Below, piece after piece: positions 1 to 10,633 of a DNA stretch of 64,000 bases. Below the pieces are notes generated by a model. The model was not told the origin of the DNA. It did not search any database and was given only the letters and a program-made list of their open reading frames with translations. Numbering within the stretch: position 1 is the stretch's first letter; each line of letters opens with the position of its first letter. The position numbers were made by a program, and so were the translations under genes. Source of the DNA: Planctomycetota bacterium (lineage in GTDB: Bacteria > Planctomycetota > UBA8108 > SXIK01); the NCBI GenBank assembly GCA_965223845.1, contig CBDCXR010000004.1, positions 1,920,001-1,984,000 on the forward strand, given 5' to 3'.

Positions 1-1
1 G

Positions 2-3000
2 GACATCGATCTAGCCGATGCTTGGTTCAGCAGGTACTGTCCGGTCTGCAACGCCCGGTACCCGCTCACTCGAAGTGAATGTCCCGAAGACGGAGCCTCG
101 CTCCGCGATCTCTCGATCGCCGCCTCCTGGCCGACGGACACGAAGTGGGGCCAAATCGCAGGGCTGCTCGACTCCCTGACGGTCGACCGCGTTCCCGGCG
201 ATGACGCGCAATCCTTCCGAGCGTGCTCGAACTGCGATTCGCTCGTCCCCCCGGGGCGTCTCGAGTGTCCACGCTGTCGCACTCGCCTTTCCGGCGGGCT
301 CGGAAACGGAGCTTGGCTGGACGGCTTGCCCGGCGTCTTCGGCGGAAAGTGGCATATCTCTTCGCGCGAAGGCGGCGGAGCGTTCGGCGCTTTCTTTCTC
401 GGCGAGCATCACATCTTGGGTATGCGGGTCGGCATCAAGGTTCTGCGGTCCGAGTTCACCGCGACCAGCGAAGGCCGAGGCATGTTCCATCAGGAGGCGA
501 TGCGTGTCAGTCGCCTCAATCACCCGAACATCGTCAAAGTGCTCGACTACGGCGAGGAGGAGTCGCGGCCGTATCTCGTCATGGAGTATCTCTCCGGCCG
601 GCCTCTGCGGGAGTTCCTCGAAGGCGGCGTCATGGACGTGAACGACGGCGTAGAAGTGCTGCGTCAGACGTGCGTCGCCCTTTCCGCCGCCCACACCGGC
701 GCTGCGTCCGGGGAGCCTCTCGTGCACCTCGACCTAAAACCGGAGCACATCTTCATCGAGAAGGTCGACGGACGCTGGCACGTCAAGGTGATCGACTTCG
801 GGATCGCAGAGATCGTCTCGGCGCCGACGTCGGGCGATGACTCGTCGGCCGCGGAGAAACGGCCGCTCGCCGGGACGCTTCCCTACATGGCACCGGAGCG
901 CTGGAAAGGTGTCGCGGACCCGCGCTGCGATATTTACGCGCTCGGAGTCATCCTCTACGAGGTCGTCGCGGGGAGCTTGCCGATCATGGCGTCGCACCCG
1001 GACGAGTTCCGACGGCTGCACGAGGAGCACGTCCCGCCTCCGCCGAGCCGCGTCGGATCGAGCCGTCGCGCGTCGCAATTGGTCGAGCTCGACGAGCTGA
1101 TTCTCGAAGCTCTCGCCAAAGACCCCGGTGACCGACCATCGAGCGCCGAGGCGCTAGCCGAAGCTCTCGAGAGGTGGCAGACGCGCCCACGTCGCAGTCG
1201 CCTCACGCGCGTCCTCCGTGCGAGCGCGGTGTCGATCCTCGTGTCTCTCGCGTTGATCGCGGTCCTCTTTCTCTGGGCTCCCTGGGAGCAGCTCGTCCTC
1301 TCATCAGTCCCCGGTGTCGTCGGACCCCGAGCACTCAGAGAGATCAACGCGACCGTTTCGGGTCTCGGCTACGAGAACGGCGAAGCGATCCTCGCCATCG
1401 AGCACCCCAAATCTCTCGAGATCCCGCTCGGTCGCGTCCTCGAAGGAGAGGTGACGGCGAGTGTCGGCTGGTCGGGCCTCGAGGCCCTTGCCGTCGACGA
1501 CAGCGAGCTCGAGTGCTCGGCTCGTCTTCGCGCGCGCGGACGGCTCGGCCGTACGCTCGTTTCGGAGCCGTTCGCGATCCGCCTCGACCGTCGACCACCG
1601 GCGATCGACATCGCCGCCGGTGGCAAGGTCGATGACGCGGACGAAAGCCTGCTTTGGATGCAGAGCAGCTTGCTGACGCTGAGGGCCGGCGAGCCCTTGG
1701 ACCGGGAGCGCTGTGTGATCGCCTTGGACGAACGCGACCCGGTCGGTCCCGTCAGAAGCCTATCGGCTCCGGATGCGGTGAGCTTCGAAGTCTTACCCGA
1801 AACCTCGCGACTGACCGTCCGACTCGCCGATCGCGCGGAAAACGTCGCGGAACGCAGCTGGCGAGTCCGATGGGTAGTTCCCTCGCGCGTTGTCTCTGAC
1901 CACGTGTTGTCGACCAATCAACGGAATTACGAGCTCGCCGTTCGGCTCGATCGACCACCGGGCAAGATCGAATTTCTCCAGATCGGAGCCGACGGGACGG
2001 AGCGCGCGGTCGAGGTAAGAGAGCGCGGGGAGACCGAGTACTTCGGTTCTCTCGAATTCACAGCCAGCTCGGCCGTTCAGGTGAAGAATCTTCGCGTCTC
2101 GACTTGGTCGCCGTTCTCCGCAAGCAAGGACGGACGACCCGAGGAGATCGCCGAGCTGGAGGTCCGATACCTTCGGCGAGCACTGAGCGTCGTACCCGCG
2201 TCCTTTCACGACGATCCGCGCTTCCCGCGTTCCTTCGAGGCGCTCGGCGAAAGTGCCCAGGTGGTCACGCCGCCTTCGCTCGACTGGCGGGTCGTCGCCA
2301 GCATCGCGGACGCGGGCCGCCAGCAGAGCCTCAAAGCCGGGATCACGCGGTCGGGCGAATTGGTCATCGACAAGGACCTCGCATCGCTCAAGGGAAGGCT
2401 CCTTCTCAACGTCGTCGCAACCGATCGCTACGGAAACGAGAGCGCGCCCTGGCTAGAAGAATACGGCATCCGCATCGCCAAACCCGCGGTGAGCGTGACG
2501 CTTCGCGGGGAAGGGAGCGATCGGCGACGTCCGCTCTTTCACGCCGACTGCCCGTGCCGACGGAGATCGGCGAGTCCGGCCAGACTCATGTTCGAGACGA
2601 AGGTGGAGTACGGCTATCCCTCCGAAATCGAGACGAAGTTCGTGATCGGAGATCTCGCCGGAGTCGACGTCTCGTCGTTCTTCGTCGACGAAGGCGACGG
2701 AGTTCGTAGCGTGCGCGAGGATCGCCTCCTGCCGCACCTCGCCGAAGGGGAGAATCTCCTCTATTTCGTAGGTACGGACAGAACCACCGGCGAGTTCGGC
2801 TTTGGACGCTGCTCGGTGTTCTACGGCGCGCCTGTCTCGGTCGCGCATTCTCCGGATGCCACTCCCGTCGCCGGCGAACGGATCGTCGTGACCACGGCGA
2901 TCCAGGGCGCAGGCGAACGACCCAAGACGGTGGTCTTCAACGGTAAGTCTTCCGAGCCGCAGACGCACGGTTCGGTTCAAAACTCCCTGAGTGTCCACGC

Positions 3001-3676
3001 GGTCGGTGAAACTGAAGCGAACGTCGTGGTGGCCGTCGGCACGAACTGCGAGCTCGAGTTCCCCCTCCGCTATTCCCGTCCTCCGGTCGAGGGACAGCTC
3101 TACCCGATCGACTTGGGAAGTGACGTCGGTCGGATTCCGCTCGCCTTTCACGCGCGTGACGAGGCTGCAGGAAGTTTCTGGTACACGTCTCTCGATTTTG
3201 GCGTACGCCTGCGCGAGCGCTTTCGCGCGTCGGCAATGGGGCGCGCATTTCGCGAGAGTCTTAGAAGACGTGGACGCGAAGATGCTTCAGGCGCCCGAGC
3301 TCGAAATACCTCGTGGCGGGAGGCCGACGCGATCACTCGTTGGCTCACGCGAGAGCTCGCGAAAAACGGTTGGCTGCGGAAGGATCAGAGAGTCTCGCTT
3401 CCGACGCTCCAGCAGGTGACGGCAGTCCGCGGCGGCAGGGGTGTCGCCAGTGACGCGAAGAGTCCCGGGCGCGAGTGGCTGGGCAGCGCCGCTAGCGACC
3501 GGGTCCCTGGATTCGATGCGACCTTCGCGAAGACGTCGCCGGAAGGCGTCGTCCGGCTCGGTGCCAGCGCCGACGCGAACCGAGCGCCGTTTCGAGTCAT
3601 CGTTTCGGCGTTCAAGGAAAGCGATGCCGCGATCCCGCGGCGGGCGATTCGATCGCGTCCAAGGAGGGAGCAGTGA
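2..3676 (+). CDS. Membrane Ser/Thr protein kinase with N-terminal double zinc ribbon and degenerate C-terminal FGE/CLec-like domain (5' end outside window)
   Basis: Frame is open from base 2 (CPVC..CPED, CSNC..CPRC upstream of ORF 326). Kinase motifs GGGGAFG, IKVL, HLDLKPEH, DFG, GTLPYMAPE, DIYALG; TM segment VSILVSLALIAVLFLW; C-term SWREA..W...VSLPT..REW..FRV. Confidence 0.9.
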   Translation, partial: DIDLADAWFSRYCPVCNARYPLTRSECPEDGASLRDLSIAASWPTDTKWGQIAGLLDSLTVDRVPGDDAQSFRACSNCDSLVPPGRLECPRCRTRLSGGLGNGAWLDGLPGVFGGKWHISSREGGGAFGAFFLGEHHILGMRVGIKVLRSEFTATSEGRGMFHQEAMRVSRLNHPNIVKVLDYGEEESRPYLVMEYLSGRPLREFLEGGVMDVNDGVEVLRQTCVALSAAHTGAASGEPLVHLDLKPEHIFIEKVDGRWHVKVIDFGIAEIVSAPTSGDDSSAAEKRPLAGTLPYMAPERWKGVADPRCDIYALGVILYEVVAGSLPIMASHPDEFRRLHEEHVPPPPSRVGSSRRASQLVELDELILEALAKDPGDRPSSAEALAEALERWQTRPRRSRLTRVLRASAVSILVSLALIAVLFLWAPWEQLVLSSVPGVVGPRALREINATVSGLGYENGEAILAIEHPKSLEIPLGRVLEGEVTASVGWSGLEALAVDDSELECSARLRARGRLGRTLVSEPFAIRLDRRPPAIDIAAGGKVDDADESLLWMQSSLLTLRAGEPLDRERCVIALDERDPVGPVRSLSAPDAVSFEVLPETSRLTVRLADRAENVAERSWRVRWVVPSRVVSDHVLSTNQRNYELAVRLDRPPGKIEFLQIGADGTERAVEVRERGETEYFGSLEFTASSAVQVKNLRVSTWSPFSASKDGRPEEIAELEVRYLRRALSVVPASFHDDPRFPRSFEALGESAQVVTPPSLDWRVVASIADAGRQQSLKAGITRSGELVIDKDLASLKGRLLLNVVATDRYGNESAPWLEEYGIRIAKPAVSVTLRGEGSDRRRPLFHADCPCRRRSASPARLMFETKVEYGYPSEIETKFVIGDLAGVDVSSFFVDEGDGVRSVREDRLLPHLAEGENLLYFVGTDRTTGEFGFGRCSVFYGAPVSVAHSPDATPVAGERIVVTTAIQGAGERPKTVVFNGKSSEPQTHGSVQNSLSVHAVGETEANVVVAVGTNCELEFPLRYSRPPVEGQLYPIDLGSDVGRIPLAFHARDEAAGSFWYTSLDFGVRLRERFRASAMGRAFRESLRRRGREDASGARARNTSWREADAITRWLTRELAKNGWLRKDQRVSLPTLQQVTAVRGGRGVASDAKSPGREWLGSAASDRVPGFDATFAKTSPEGVVRLGASADANRAPFRVIVSAFKESDAAIPRRAIRSRPRREQ

Positions 3677-4728
3677 AGACGGTGACGCACAGATCCGGAT
3701 CGGGGCGACTTCGTGTGTGGATGCGCCTTTCTTCGTTCGTCGCGGTGTCCGCTCTCGTCTCGGCCTGTGCCAGCAGTCCGCTAGAGACGCCGGAGATGCG
3801 AACTCTCGCGACCGAGAGCCCGTTTCCGCGTTCCGTGTCGATCGCAATCGACTGTGCTGATTCCACCTGCTTCGGTGAGGCTTCGGAATGGTCGACCGAC
3901 CTCATCCGCGCCTTCCGCGAGCTCAACGTTTGCTCCGCAGTTTGGGACGAAGCGGAGCGCGGGGCGGGAGATGCGGACATGCATGTGAGCGTTCGCTTGG
4001 AGCGTCTGCTCGCCGACGACCCCCGAGTCGGCCAGCCGGAAGTCGATACGCAAGGGATGTTCGTCGGCGTCGTCTCGTGGATGTTCGTCCCGTTGCTGCC
4101 CCTTTGGATCGCCGACGTGCGCATCGATCCCGGCCTCCAGATCGGGCTCGAGTGGTCGCTGCACCCGAGCGGGCGCGCGCGAGGTCGTCGGGGAGGGGCG
4201 ACACTCGAGGCGGATTCGATCGAGACGTCGCTTCGGGAGCGCCGTCCGTGGATGGCTTGGTCGACCCTCGGCGCCGTTTTCGCGCCGCCGCTCGTTTTCA
4301 GAGAGATCGACGAAGCCCACCTGCAGCATTCTTTGGCCGAGCGCGTCCGCGCTCAGGTTGCGGCCAAGATTGCCGGCGCCATCAAGCGCGAGACCCTCGT
4401 CGAACGCGAGTTGCTTTCCGGTCTCGAAGTCACCGGAGCCGCCTCGAGCCTGACCCTTCAGTATCGATCGACGCCGGATCTCGGACGATTGTATGTCTGG
4501 CTCGATGAGAGCGACGAAAAGGGAATCGCCATCGACGTCGCGTTCTCAGACGATCCGACCGTCGAGCGACACGTGGCGCTTCGCGATCACTTGCCGCGTC
4601 CCGCACGATCCGGCGAGCTTCTCCGTCTGGAGGCATTGCGCCGAGACGGCGCCGTATTTCGGTACTCGCTTCGTACTGGTGGTGACGAACTCTCGAGCGA
4701 TCGGACCTCGTCGAGGAAGGAGGAATGA
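3673..4728 (+). CDS. Putative lipoprotein
   Basis: Signal peptide with lipobox-like LVSAC; GTGA overlap with the kinase stop; internal hydrophobic segments. Confidence 0.75.
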   Translation: MKTVTHRSGSGRLRVWMRLSSFVAVSALVSACASSPLETPEMRTLATESPFPRSVSIAIDCADSTCFGEASEWSTDLIRAFRELNVCSAVWDEAERGAGDADMHVSVRLERLLADDPRVGQPEVDTQGMFVGVVSWMFVPLLPLWIADVRIDPGLQIGLEWSLHPSGRARGRRGGATLEADSIETSLRERRPWMAWSTLGAVFAPPLVFREIDEAHLQHSLAERVRAQVAAKIAGAIKRETLVERELLSGLEVTGAASSLTLQYRSTPDLGRLYVWLDESDEKGIAIDVAFSDDPTVERHVALRDHLPRPARSGELLRLEALRRDGAVFRYSLRTGGDELSSDRTSSRKEE

Positions 4729-7700
4729 TGGCCGCGAAGATCGTCGCGAGAGCGCGATTCCTCTTCGCGAGGACGATCGCGGCACTCGCGTGTTCGGCAG
4801 GTCTCGCGGTCCTCTGGGGTTGCGCTCCGGGAGCAGCCGTCGTGGGGCTTCTCGTTGCGGACGTCGCGGATGGCGGCGGTGGAAGCGCGGCGGACCGGCC
4901 GGCGACCGTCGTGCTCCTTGGCGCCCCCGCTGGTGAGAACCCCGAGCAGATCGAGGTCCGCTTCCAGATCGACAACGACGACGGAGAAGTCGACGTCCGA
5001 CTCGAGTACGAAGTCATCACGCCACTCGGCGGAGACTTGGCAACTGGGACGACGCACACCGCGACATCGTATCCGGGTTTCGAGCTACCTCGGTCGATCC
5101 CTCCCGGAGTCCCGGTCACGTTTCTTTGGGACGCCGCTGCGGATCTCGGCGAAAGCTCCGCGTTCGTCGTCCTTCGTGCGATCGTCCGCGAAGAAGGAGT
5201 CGCTGGCGAGAGAACTCTGCCTCTCGGCGGAGAGTTTCGCGCGGGGAACACGGGGCCGCGCCTCTCGGAAATCCACGCGTCGAACGAACGACAGGAGCTG
5301 GTTTTGCGCTTCTCGATCGTCGACGCGGAAAGCGATCTGATCATCGCCGGAGGCGAGCCCGAGGAGGACCTCATAGTGGTCACGGCGTCGATCGACGGAG
5401 ACCCGCCCGTCGAGATTCCTTCCAGCGTGATCCCACGGACGGTTTTCGCTTCGGCCCCGCAGACTCCTTCCGAGCAGAGCTTTCGCGTGGACCTACGCGA
5501 CGAGAGGATTCCCCCGGCGCTGAGTCGCGCGGGGACGTTCGGGTTCGTCGGCGAGATGACCGTGACTCTTTCCATCCGCGACTTTCCGAGCGAGCCGTTC
5601 TCGCCTGAGAAGAGCGCAAGCTTCGATTTCGACAATAACGACGCGCCCTTCGTCGAGTTTCTTCCGCCCGAACCAGGGGACCTGGAGAGCGGCGTCGTTC
5701 CGATCCGCTACCGCGTCTTCAACGAGGACGAGGAGGCCGGTCCGGTGTCTCTCCGCGTGCAAGTGGATCTCGGGAGCGGTCCGGAGCCGGCCATAGAGTT
5801 CCCGCTGCCACAGTCCGATGGGACGCTGCTCTGCGCCGAACCCGGAAGAGAAGACTGCGCGCTCCAGCCCTCGCAAGCGGGGATCGCTGACGGACCCTTT
5901 CGCACCTTCTTTTGGAACGCGCTCTCCCACCAAGGCGTTGGGAGGAGCTTCCTCGTATCGATCGAGGCTGAAGATGCCGAACGCGGAGCCGCGACGGAGC
6001 GGTTGTTTTCGGGCCTCGATGTAACGCGTTTCCTCCGGACCGATGTTGCGCTCGTCGGCGACAAGCCGGAGGCGATCGCAGTCGGTGATTTCGACGGAGA
6101 CGGTGTACTCGATCTCGCGCTTGCCAACGCGCTCTCCGATTCGGTCACCTATCTGCGGGGAGGACGCGACGGTTTTGCCGAGTCGCGGAGACGGGAGATC
6201 GACGTCGGCGATCGCGCGGTGGCTCTGCAAACCGGCGACTTCGACGGTGACCGCGTTCTCGACCTGGTGGTGGCGAACGAACGCTCGGGCACTGTCACCT
6301 ACCTGCGCGGCGGCGCCGGTGGACTGACGGAGTCGGAGAGCCACGTCGTCTCCGTGGGAGAATTCCCCGTCGCGCTAGCGGCCGGCGATTTCAACGGCGA
6401 CGATCAACTCGACATCGCCGTGGCAAATCAGCGCTCGGGGAACGTTACCTGTCTACTCGGTGGTCCAGGCGGACTGACAGACGAGAGAAGGAGCGACACG
6501 CCGGTGGGGGACGCTCCCGCCGCTTTGGAGTCGGGGGACTTCGATGGCGACGGCGTGCTCGACCTCGCCGTCGCGAACGAGGTTTCAGCGACGGTAACGT
6601 ACCTGCGCGGCAGGGAGGACGGCCTCGCGCGCCACGCCACCGAGATCTCGGTCGGCGACGTCCCGGCCGCTCTCGAGTCGGGGGACTTCAACGGCGATGG
6701 TGCGCTCGATCTTGCCGTCGCGAATTCCGGCTCAGCCGCGGTCACGTACCTTTCCGGCGGGCCGGACGGGCTTACGGACGCGGGCGCCAGAGAGATCCCG
6801 GTCGGAGAATATCCCGTCGCTTTGGCGCCGGGTGACTTCGACGGCGACGGGGTGTCCGATCTCGCCGTCGCGAATTCCGGCTCCGGGACGATCACGTATC
6901 TGCGCGGCGGCCCCGAGGGCTTGACGGAATTGAGCCGAATCGACGTCGCAGTCGGTGACCATCCCGTCGCTCTCGATGCGGGGGACTTGGACGGTGACGG
7001 TGCGCTCGATCTCGTTGTCGCGAACGCCGGGTTCTTCGGAACGGGCGGGCCGGTCACCTACCTGCGCGGCGGCCGCGGAGGGCTCAACAGCGAGAGACAA
7101 CTCGAGATCGGCGTCGGCGATCTTCCCTTCGCCGTCCGGACGGGAGATTTCGACGCGGACGGCGCTCTCGACCTCGTGGTGGCGAGCGATCGCTCCGTCA
7201 CCCACGTGCGCGGTCGTCCAGGGGGACTCGTCGAGGAAAGACGAGTGAACATTTCCGTCGGAGCCACGCCGGTCACTCTGGAGAAGGGGGATTTCGACGG
7301 CGACGGCGCGCTCGATCTAGCCGTCGCCAACCGTGACTCCGACACCGTCACCTACCTGCGCGGCGGCGCCGGAGGCTTGACGGCCGAGAGACGCACGGAG
7401 ATCCGAGTCGGCGACCGTCCATTCGATCTCGAAGCCGGCGACTTCGATGGCGACGGCGCCCTCGACCTCGCCGTGATCGACAGTCGCTCCGATACGCTCG
7501 TTTACCTTCGCGGCGGACCCGAGGGACTCAGTCGAGGAGAAGAAGAGCAGAACGTGGTCGGCGTGCAGAATCTGTCGGTCACCATGCGCGCCGGCCGCTT
7601 CGATGCGGACGAAATTCTCGATCTCGCCATCGTGAGCACCTTGCCGAGCGTGCTCACCGTGATTCCCGGCGGTGCGGACTTTCCGCAGCGAGAGCAGACG

Positions 7701-8984
7701 ATGATCGCGCTCGCCGGACTGGGCTCGTGCGAGCTCGAACCGGGGGACTTCGACGGCGATGGTTCGCTCGACCTCGCGATCGCAAACCGCGACTCCGGCA
7801 CGGTGACGCTCGTGCGCCGTGGAGATGGCGGCTTCTCGGACGCAATTCTCCAGGAGATGCCGGTAGGGAGGGGGCCTTGCGCGCTCGAAGCCGGCGACTT
7901 TGACTCGGACGGACTCTTAGACATTGCGGTCGCGAACGCCGAGTCGAGCACGGTTTCGATTCTGCGCGGCGGAGTCGACGGGTTTTCGGTGGCCGCGACC
8001 TTGTCGGTCGGCTCATCGCCGGTCGCGCTAGCGTCGGGAGACTACGACGGCGACGGTTCCCTCGATCTCGCCGTTGCGAACGAGGCATCTAGTAGCGTCA
8101 CCTTCCTCTGGAGCCGCAAGGCTTCGATCGGGGACAGGACGCGGGGAGACGTATCCGTCGGCGATCTCCCGGTCGCCCTCGAATCGGGAGACTTCGACGG
8201 CGACGGTCGTCTCGATCTCGTCGTTTTGAATCGAGGCTCCGATTCGGTCACCTACCTGCGTGGAGGTCCCGGTGGTCCGACGGACGAAAGAAGATCGGAA
8301 ATGGCGGTAGGTCTCGATCCGCTCGTGCTCGAGGCGGGGGACTTCGATGGCGACGGTGCTCTCGACCTCGCTGTCGCGAACGAATTTTCGAACACGGTCA
8401 CGCAGCTTCGCTCCCGCTATCTGATCCGCCACGCGAGCTGTCTCGTGTGGCCCGAGGATGCGAACGCGGAACCGGGAGACCTCGCGTCGCCCGCTCTCTG
8501 TGAGCTGCTCGACACGGGCACTTTTCCGCGGTACCGACTCGAGCTCCCGAGCGCCGCGTTCTCCGCTTCGGGATCTCGCCGCGATTCGCTTCGTCAGCCC
8601 ACCCCAGTCGTCGTCGTGCCGACCACGGTTTTCCCCTTTCCGTCCGAGATTCTCAAGGACACGTTTCGCCGCAACGAGTTTCTGGCCATAGTCGCCGATC
8701 CGGTCGCGATCCTTCGCGAATCTCTCGAGATCCAGGGTGAGGCGGTGCTCACTCTCCGCCTTCGCGATCGGGATCTCGACCTCTTCGAGGAAGTCCGTGC
8801 CAGCCCCGACAGGCTACGCGTCTTCTGGCGACGAGGCGAGGACGGAGAGGTGGAGGAGCTCGGAGAAGTCCCCGAGCTCGTGAGCTTTCGCGATGGCTCT
8901 ACGGGGCACGACGCCGTCGCCTTTCGGGTGACTCGCTTCGGCCGGTACTTGGTCGCGTTCGAGCGCGAGCGGACGGGGGAGTGA
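4725..8984 (+). CDS. FG-GAP/VCBS repeat beta-propeller lipoprotein
   Basis: LWGC lipobox; 16 ~50-aa repeats with consensus GDFDGDGxLDLAVAN; AGGAGG RBS and ATGA overlap. Confidence 0.92.
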   Translation: MMAAKIVARARFLFARTIAALACSAGLAVLWGCAPGAAVVGLLVADVADGGGGSAADRPATVVLLGAPAGENPEQIEVRFQIDNDDGEVDVRLEYEVITPLGGDLATGTTHTATSYPGFELPRSIPPGVPVTFLWDAAADLGESSAFVVLRAIVREEGVAGERTLPLGGEFRAGNTGPRLSEIHASNERQELVLRFSIVDAESDLIIAGGEPEEDLIVVTASIDGDPPVEIPSSVIPRTVFASAPQTPSEQSFRVDLRDERIPPALSRAGTFGFVGEMTVTLSIRDFPSEPFSPEKSASFDFDNNDAPFVEFLPPEPGDLESGVVPIRYRVFNEDEEAGPVSLRVQVDLGSGPEPAIEFPLPQSDGTLLCAEPGREDCALQPSQAGIADGPFRTFFWNALSHQGVGRSFLVSIEAEDAERGAATERLFSGLDVTRFLRTDVALVGDKPEAIAVGDFDGDGVLDLALANALSDSVTYLRGGRDGFAESRRREIDVGDRAVALQTGDFDGDRVLDLVVANERSGTVTYLRGGAGGLTESESHVVSVGEFPVALAAGDFNGDDQLDIAVANQRSGNVTCLLGGPGGLTDERRSDTPVGDAPAALESGDFDGDGVLDLAVANEVSATVTYLRGREDGLARHATEISVGDVPAALESGDFNGDGALDLAVANSGSAAVTYLSGGPDGLTDAGAREIPVGEYPVALAPGDFDGDGVSDLAVANSGSGTITYLRGGPEGLTELSRIDVAVGDHPVALDAGDLDGDGALDLVVANAGFFGTGGPVTYLRGGRGGLNSERQLEIGVGDLPFAVRTGDFDADGALDLVVASDRSVTHVRGRPGGLVEERRVNISVGATPVTLEKGDFDGDGALDLAVANRDSDTVTYLRGGAGGLTAERRTEIRVGDRPFDLEAGDFDGDGALDLAVIDSRSDTLVYLRGGPEGLSRGEEEQNVVGVQNLSVTMRAGRFDADEILDLAIVSTLPSVLTVIPGGADFPQREQTMIALAGLGSCELEPGDFDGDGSLDLAIANRDSGTVTLVRRGDGGFSDAILQEMPVGRGPCALEAGDFDSDGLLDIAVANAESSTVSILRGGVDGFSVAATLSVGSSPVALASGDYDGDGSLDLAVANEASSSVTFLWSRKASIGDRTRGDVSVGDLPVALESGDFDGDGRLDLVVLNRGSDSVTYLRGGPGGPTDERRSEMAVGLDPLVLEAGDFDGDGALDLAVANEFSNTVTQLRSRYLIRHASCLVWPEDANAEPGDLASPALCELLDTGTFPRYRLELPSAAFSASGSRRDSLRQPTPVVVVPTTVFPFPSEILKDTFRRNEFLAIVADPVAILRESLEIQGEAVLTLRLRDRDLDLFEEVRASPDRLRVFWRRGEDGEVEELGEVPELVSFRDGSTGHDAVAFRVTRFGRYLVAFERERTGE

Positions 8985-9055
8985 TGCGACGAGGATATTC
9001 TTCGAATTCTACGGTCGAGCGCGCGCACGATGAGTCGACGCGAAAGGAAAGTCGC

Positions 9056-10240
9056 ATGACTTCACGCACCGTTCGACAGTGTGGACTCGCCGCCATGCTC
9101 TTCCTCGGGTTCGGAGCGGCCGCTCACGGACACGAGGGAACCTGGGGGGAGGTTCGCCCGTTGACTTCGATCGACGGAGGCGACACTCACGAGCTCCAGT
9201 CACCCGTGTCTGCGAACGGGAAGGAGATCTTCTTCGCCTCATTTCGTCCCGGGACGGCGAAGTGGGACATCTTCGTCGCGAGGCGAACCGATCCGGCGCA
9301 GCCGTTCGACGACCTCGAAAACCTCAGTACGCTGAACAGCGACGAGAGTGAGTACCCGTCCTTCTTGACGGCGGATGGTCTCGAGCTCTACCTGTTTTCG
9401 AATCGCGATTCTTCCGTCGCCAACGCGCACGATATCTTCGTGGCGAGACGTGAGTCCGTCGAAGCGCCCTTTGAGCCTCCCGAGCCGATCCGAGAGCTCA
9501 ACACCATCTATCACGAAGGCACGGCGACGTTGACCGCGAACGGCAAGGAGATGGCCTTCATCTCGAATCGTCCCGGAGGTGCCGGGAATCGCGATCTCTG
9601 GCTGGCTCGGCGAGACGAGATCGGAGCTCCCTGGGAGGTCGTCCGAAACATCCGCGAGCTCAACACGCCGGACCGGGATCGATCCCCCTCGCTTTCGGCG
9701 GACGGTTTGACGCTCTTTTTCGACCGTTGGCCGACCGCTGGCGCGGCGGCTGAGCTCTGGTGCGCGACACGCGATCCCGTGACCGGTTTCTTCCGGGACC
9801 CGCGGAGGATCACGAGCGCCGCGGTGAATTCAGCCGGCTGGAACGGTGTACCCGTGATCTCTGCGTCATGGCCAGCGGACGGCTCGGAGCTCTATTGGTC
9901 GCGCTGCGAGGGACCCTGCGAAATCTATGTCGCGACTTGGCGTGCGGGGGCGTCGTTTCTCCGCGGCGAGTGCAATGACGACGCTCGGGTCAACATCTCC
10001 GACAGCATCTTCGCGCTCGAGTTCCTCTTCGACGAACGGGCGGAAGAGCCGGACTGCGTCGCTGCGTGCGACGCTAACGACGACGGCGAGTGGAACATCT
10101 CCGATGCCGTCTACCTCCTCCAGCATCTCTTTGCGGGAGGACCGGAGCCACCGCCGCCCTTTCCGGACTGCGGATCGGACCTGGATCCGGACTCGGATCC
10201 GGATTCAAGTCTCCGTTGCGCGAGGGAGAGTTGCGAGTGA
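9056..10240 (+). CDS. Secreted PD40/TolB-like propeller protein with C-terminal dockerin-like domain
   Basis: Signal peptide; repeats PxxSADGxELFFxSNR; C-term FLRGECNDDARVNISD...CDANDDGEWNISDAVYLL..GGPEPPPPFPDCG. Start chosen after GGAAAG (ORF open from 8981). Confidence 0.85.
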   Translation: MTSRTVRQCGLAAMLFLGFGAAAHGHEGTWGEVRPLTSIDGGDTHELQSPVSANGKEIFFASFRPGTAKWDIFVARRTDPAQPFDDLENLSTLNSDESEYPSFLTADGLELYLFSNRDSSVANAHDIFVARRESVEAPFEPPEPIRELNTIYHEGTATLTANGKEMAFISNRPGGAGNRDLWLARRDEIGAPWEVVRNIRELNTPDRDRSPSLSADGLTLFFDRWPTAGAAAELWCATRDPVTGFFRDPRRITSAAVNSAGWNGVPVISASWPADGSELYWSRCEGPCEIYVATWRAGASFLRGECNDDARVNISDSIFALEFLFDERAEEPDCVAACDANDDGEWNISDAVYLLQHLFAGGPEPPPPFPDCGSDLDPDSDPDSSLRCARESCE

Positions 10241-10633
10241 CCCGGGCGGGTTACGCCTTTCTTCGACTTCCGGCCGCGCGGCACCGGGCCTTCTCCGGCC
10301 GCGCTCGAGCGTCCTGACCATTCGCGTGCGCGTCTCCGCCTCGAAATCAGGCGGCCGGATCTCGATTCGGAGGACTCTGGGAGTCCTGAGCGCCGGATCT
10401 AGGGGATCGTGCAGGAGCTCCCGTTCTGGACCGAACCCGCTGGCGCGAGGCTGTCCGCTGGCCGTTTCGCAGCTGCGCCGTGAGCCGCCGGAAAAAGAAA
10501 AGAGAAAAGGAGTAGGGGATGGGGCCCAGGCCGTCGCGTAGAGGGTGACGCCGGAAGTCAGGAAGGCGTCGCCAGAACTCTCCCGGCGGGGAGGGGCACA
10601 CCACCACCACACTCCTAACCTCGGAGGCTCGTC

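Noticed and set aside
6050-8420. Regularly spaced DNA repeats resembling a CRISPR array
   Set aside because: They are in-frame FG-GAP coding repeats; no cas genes are present.
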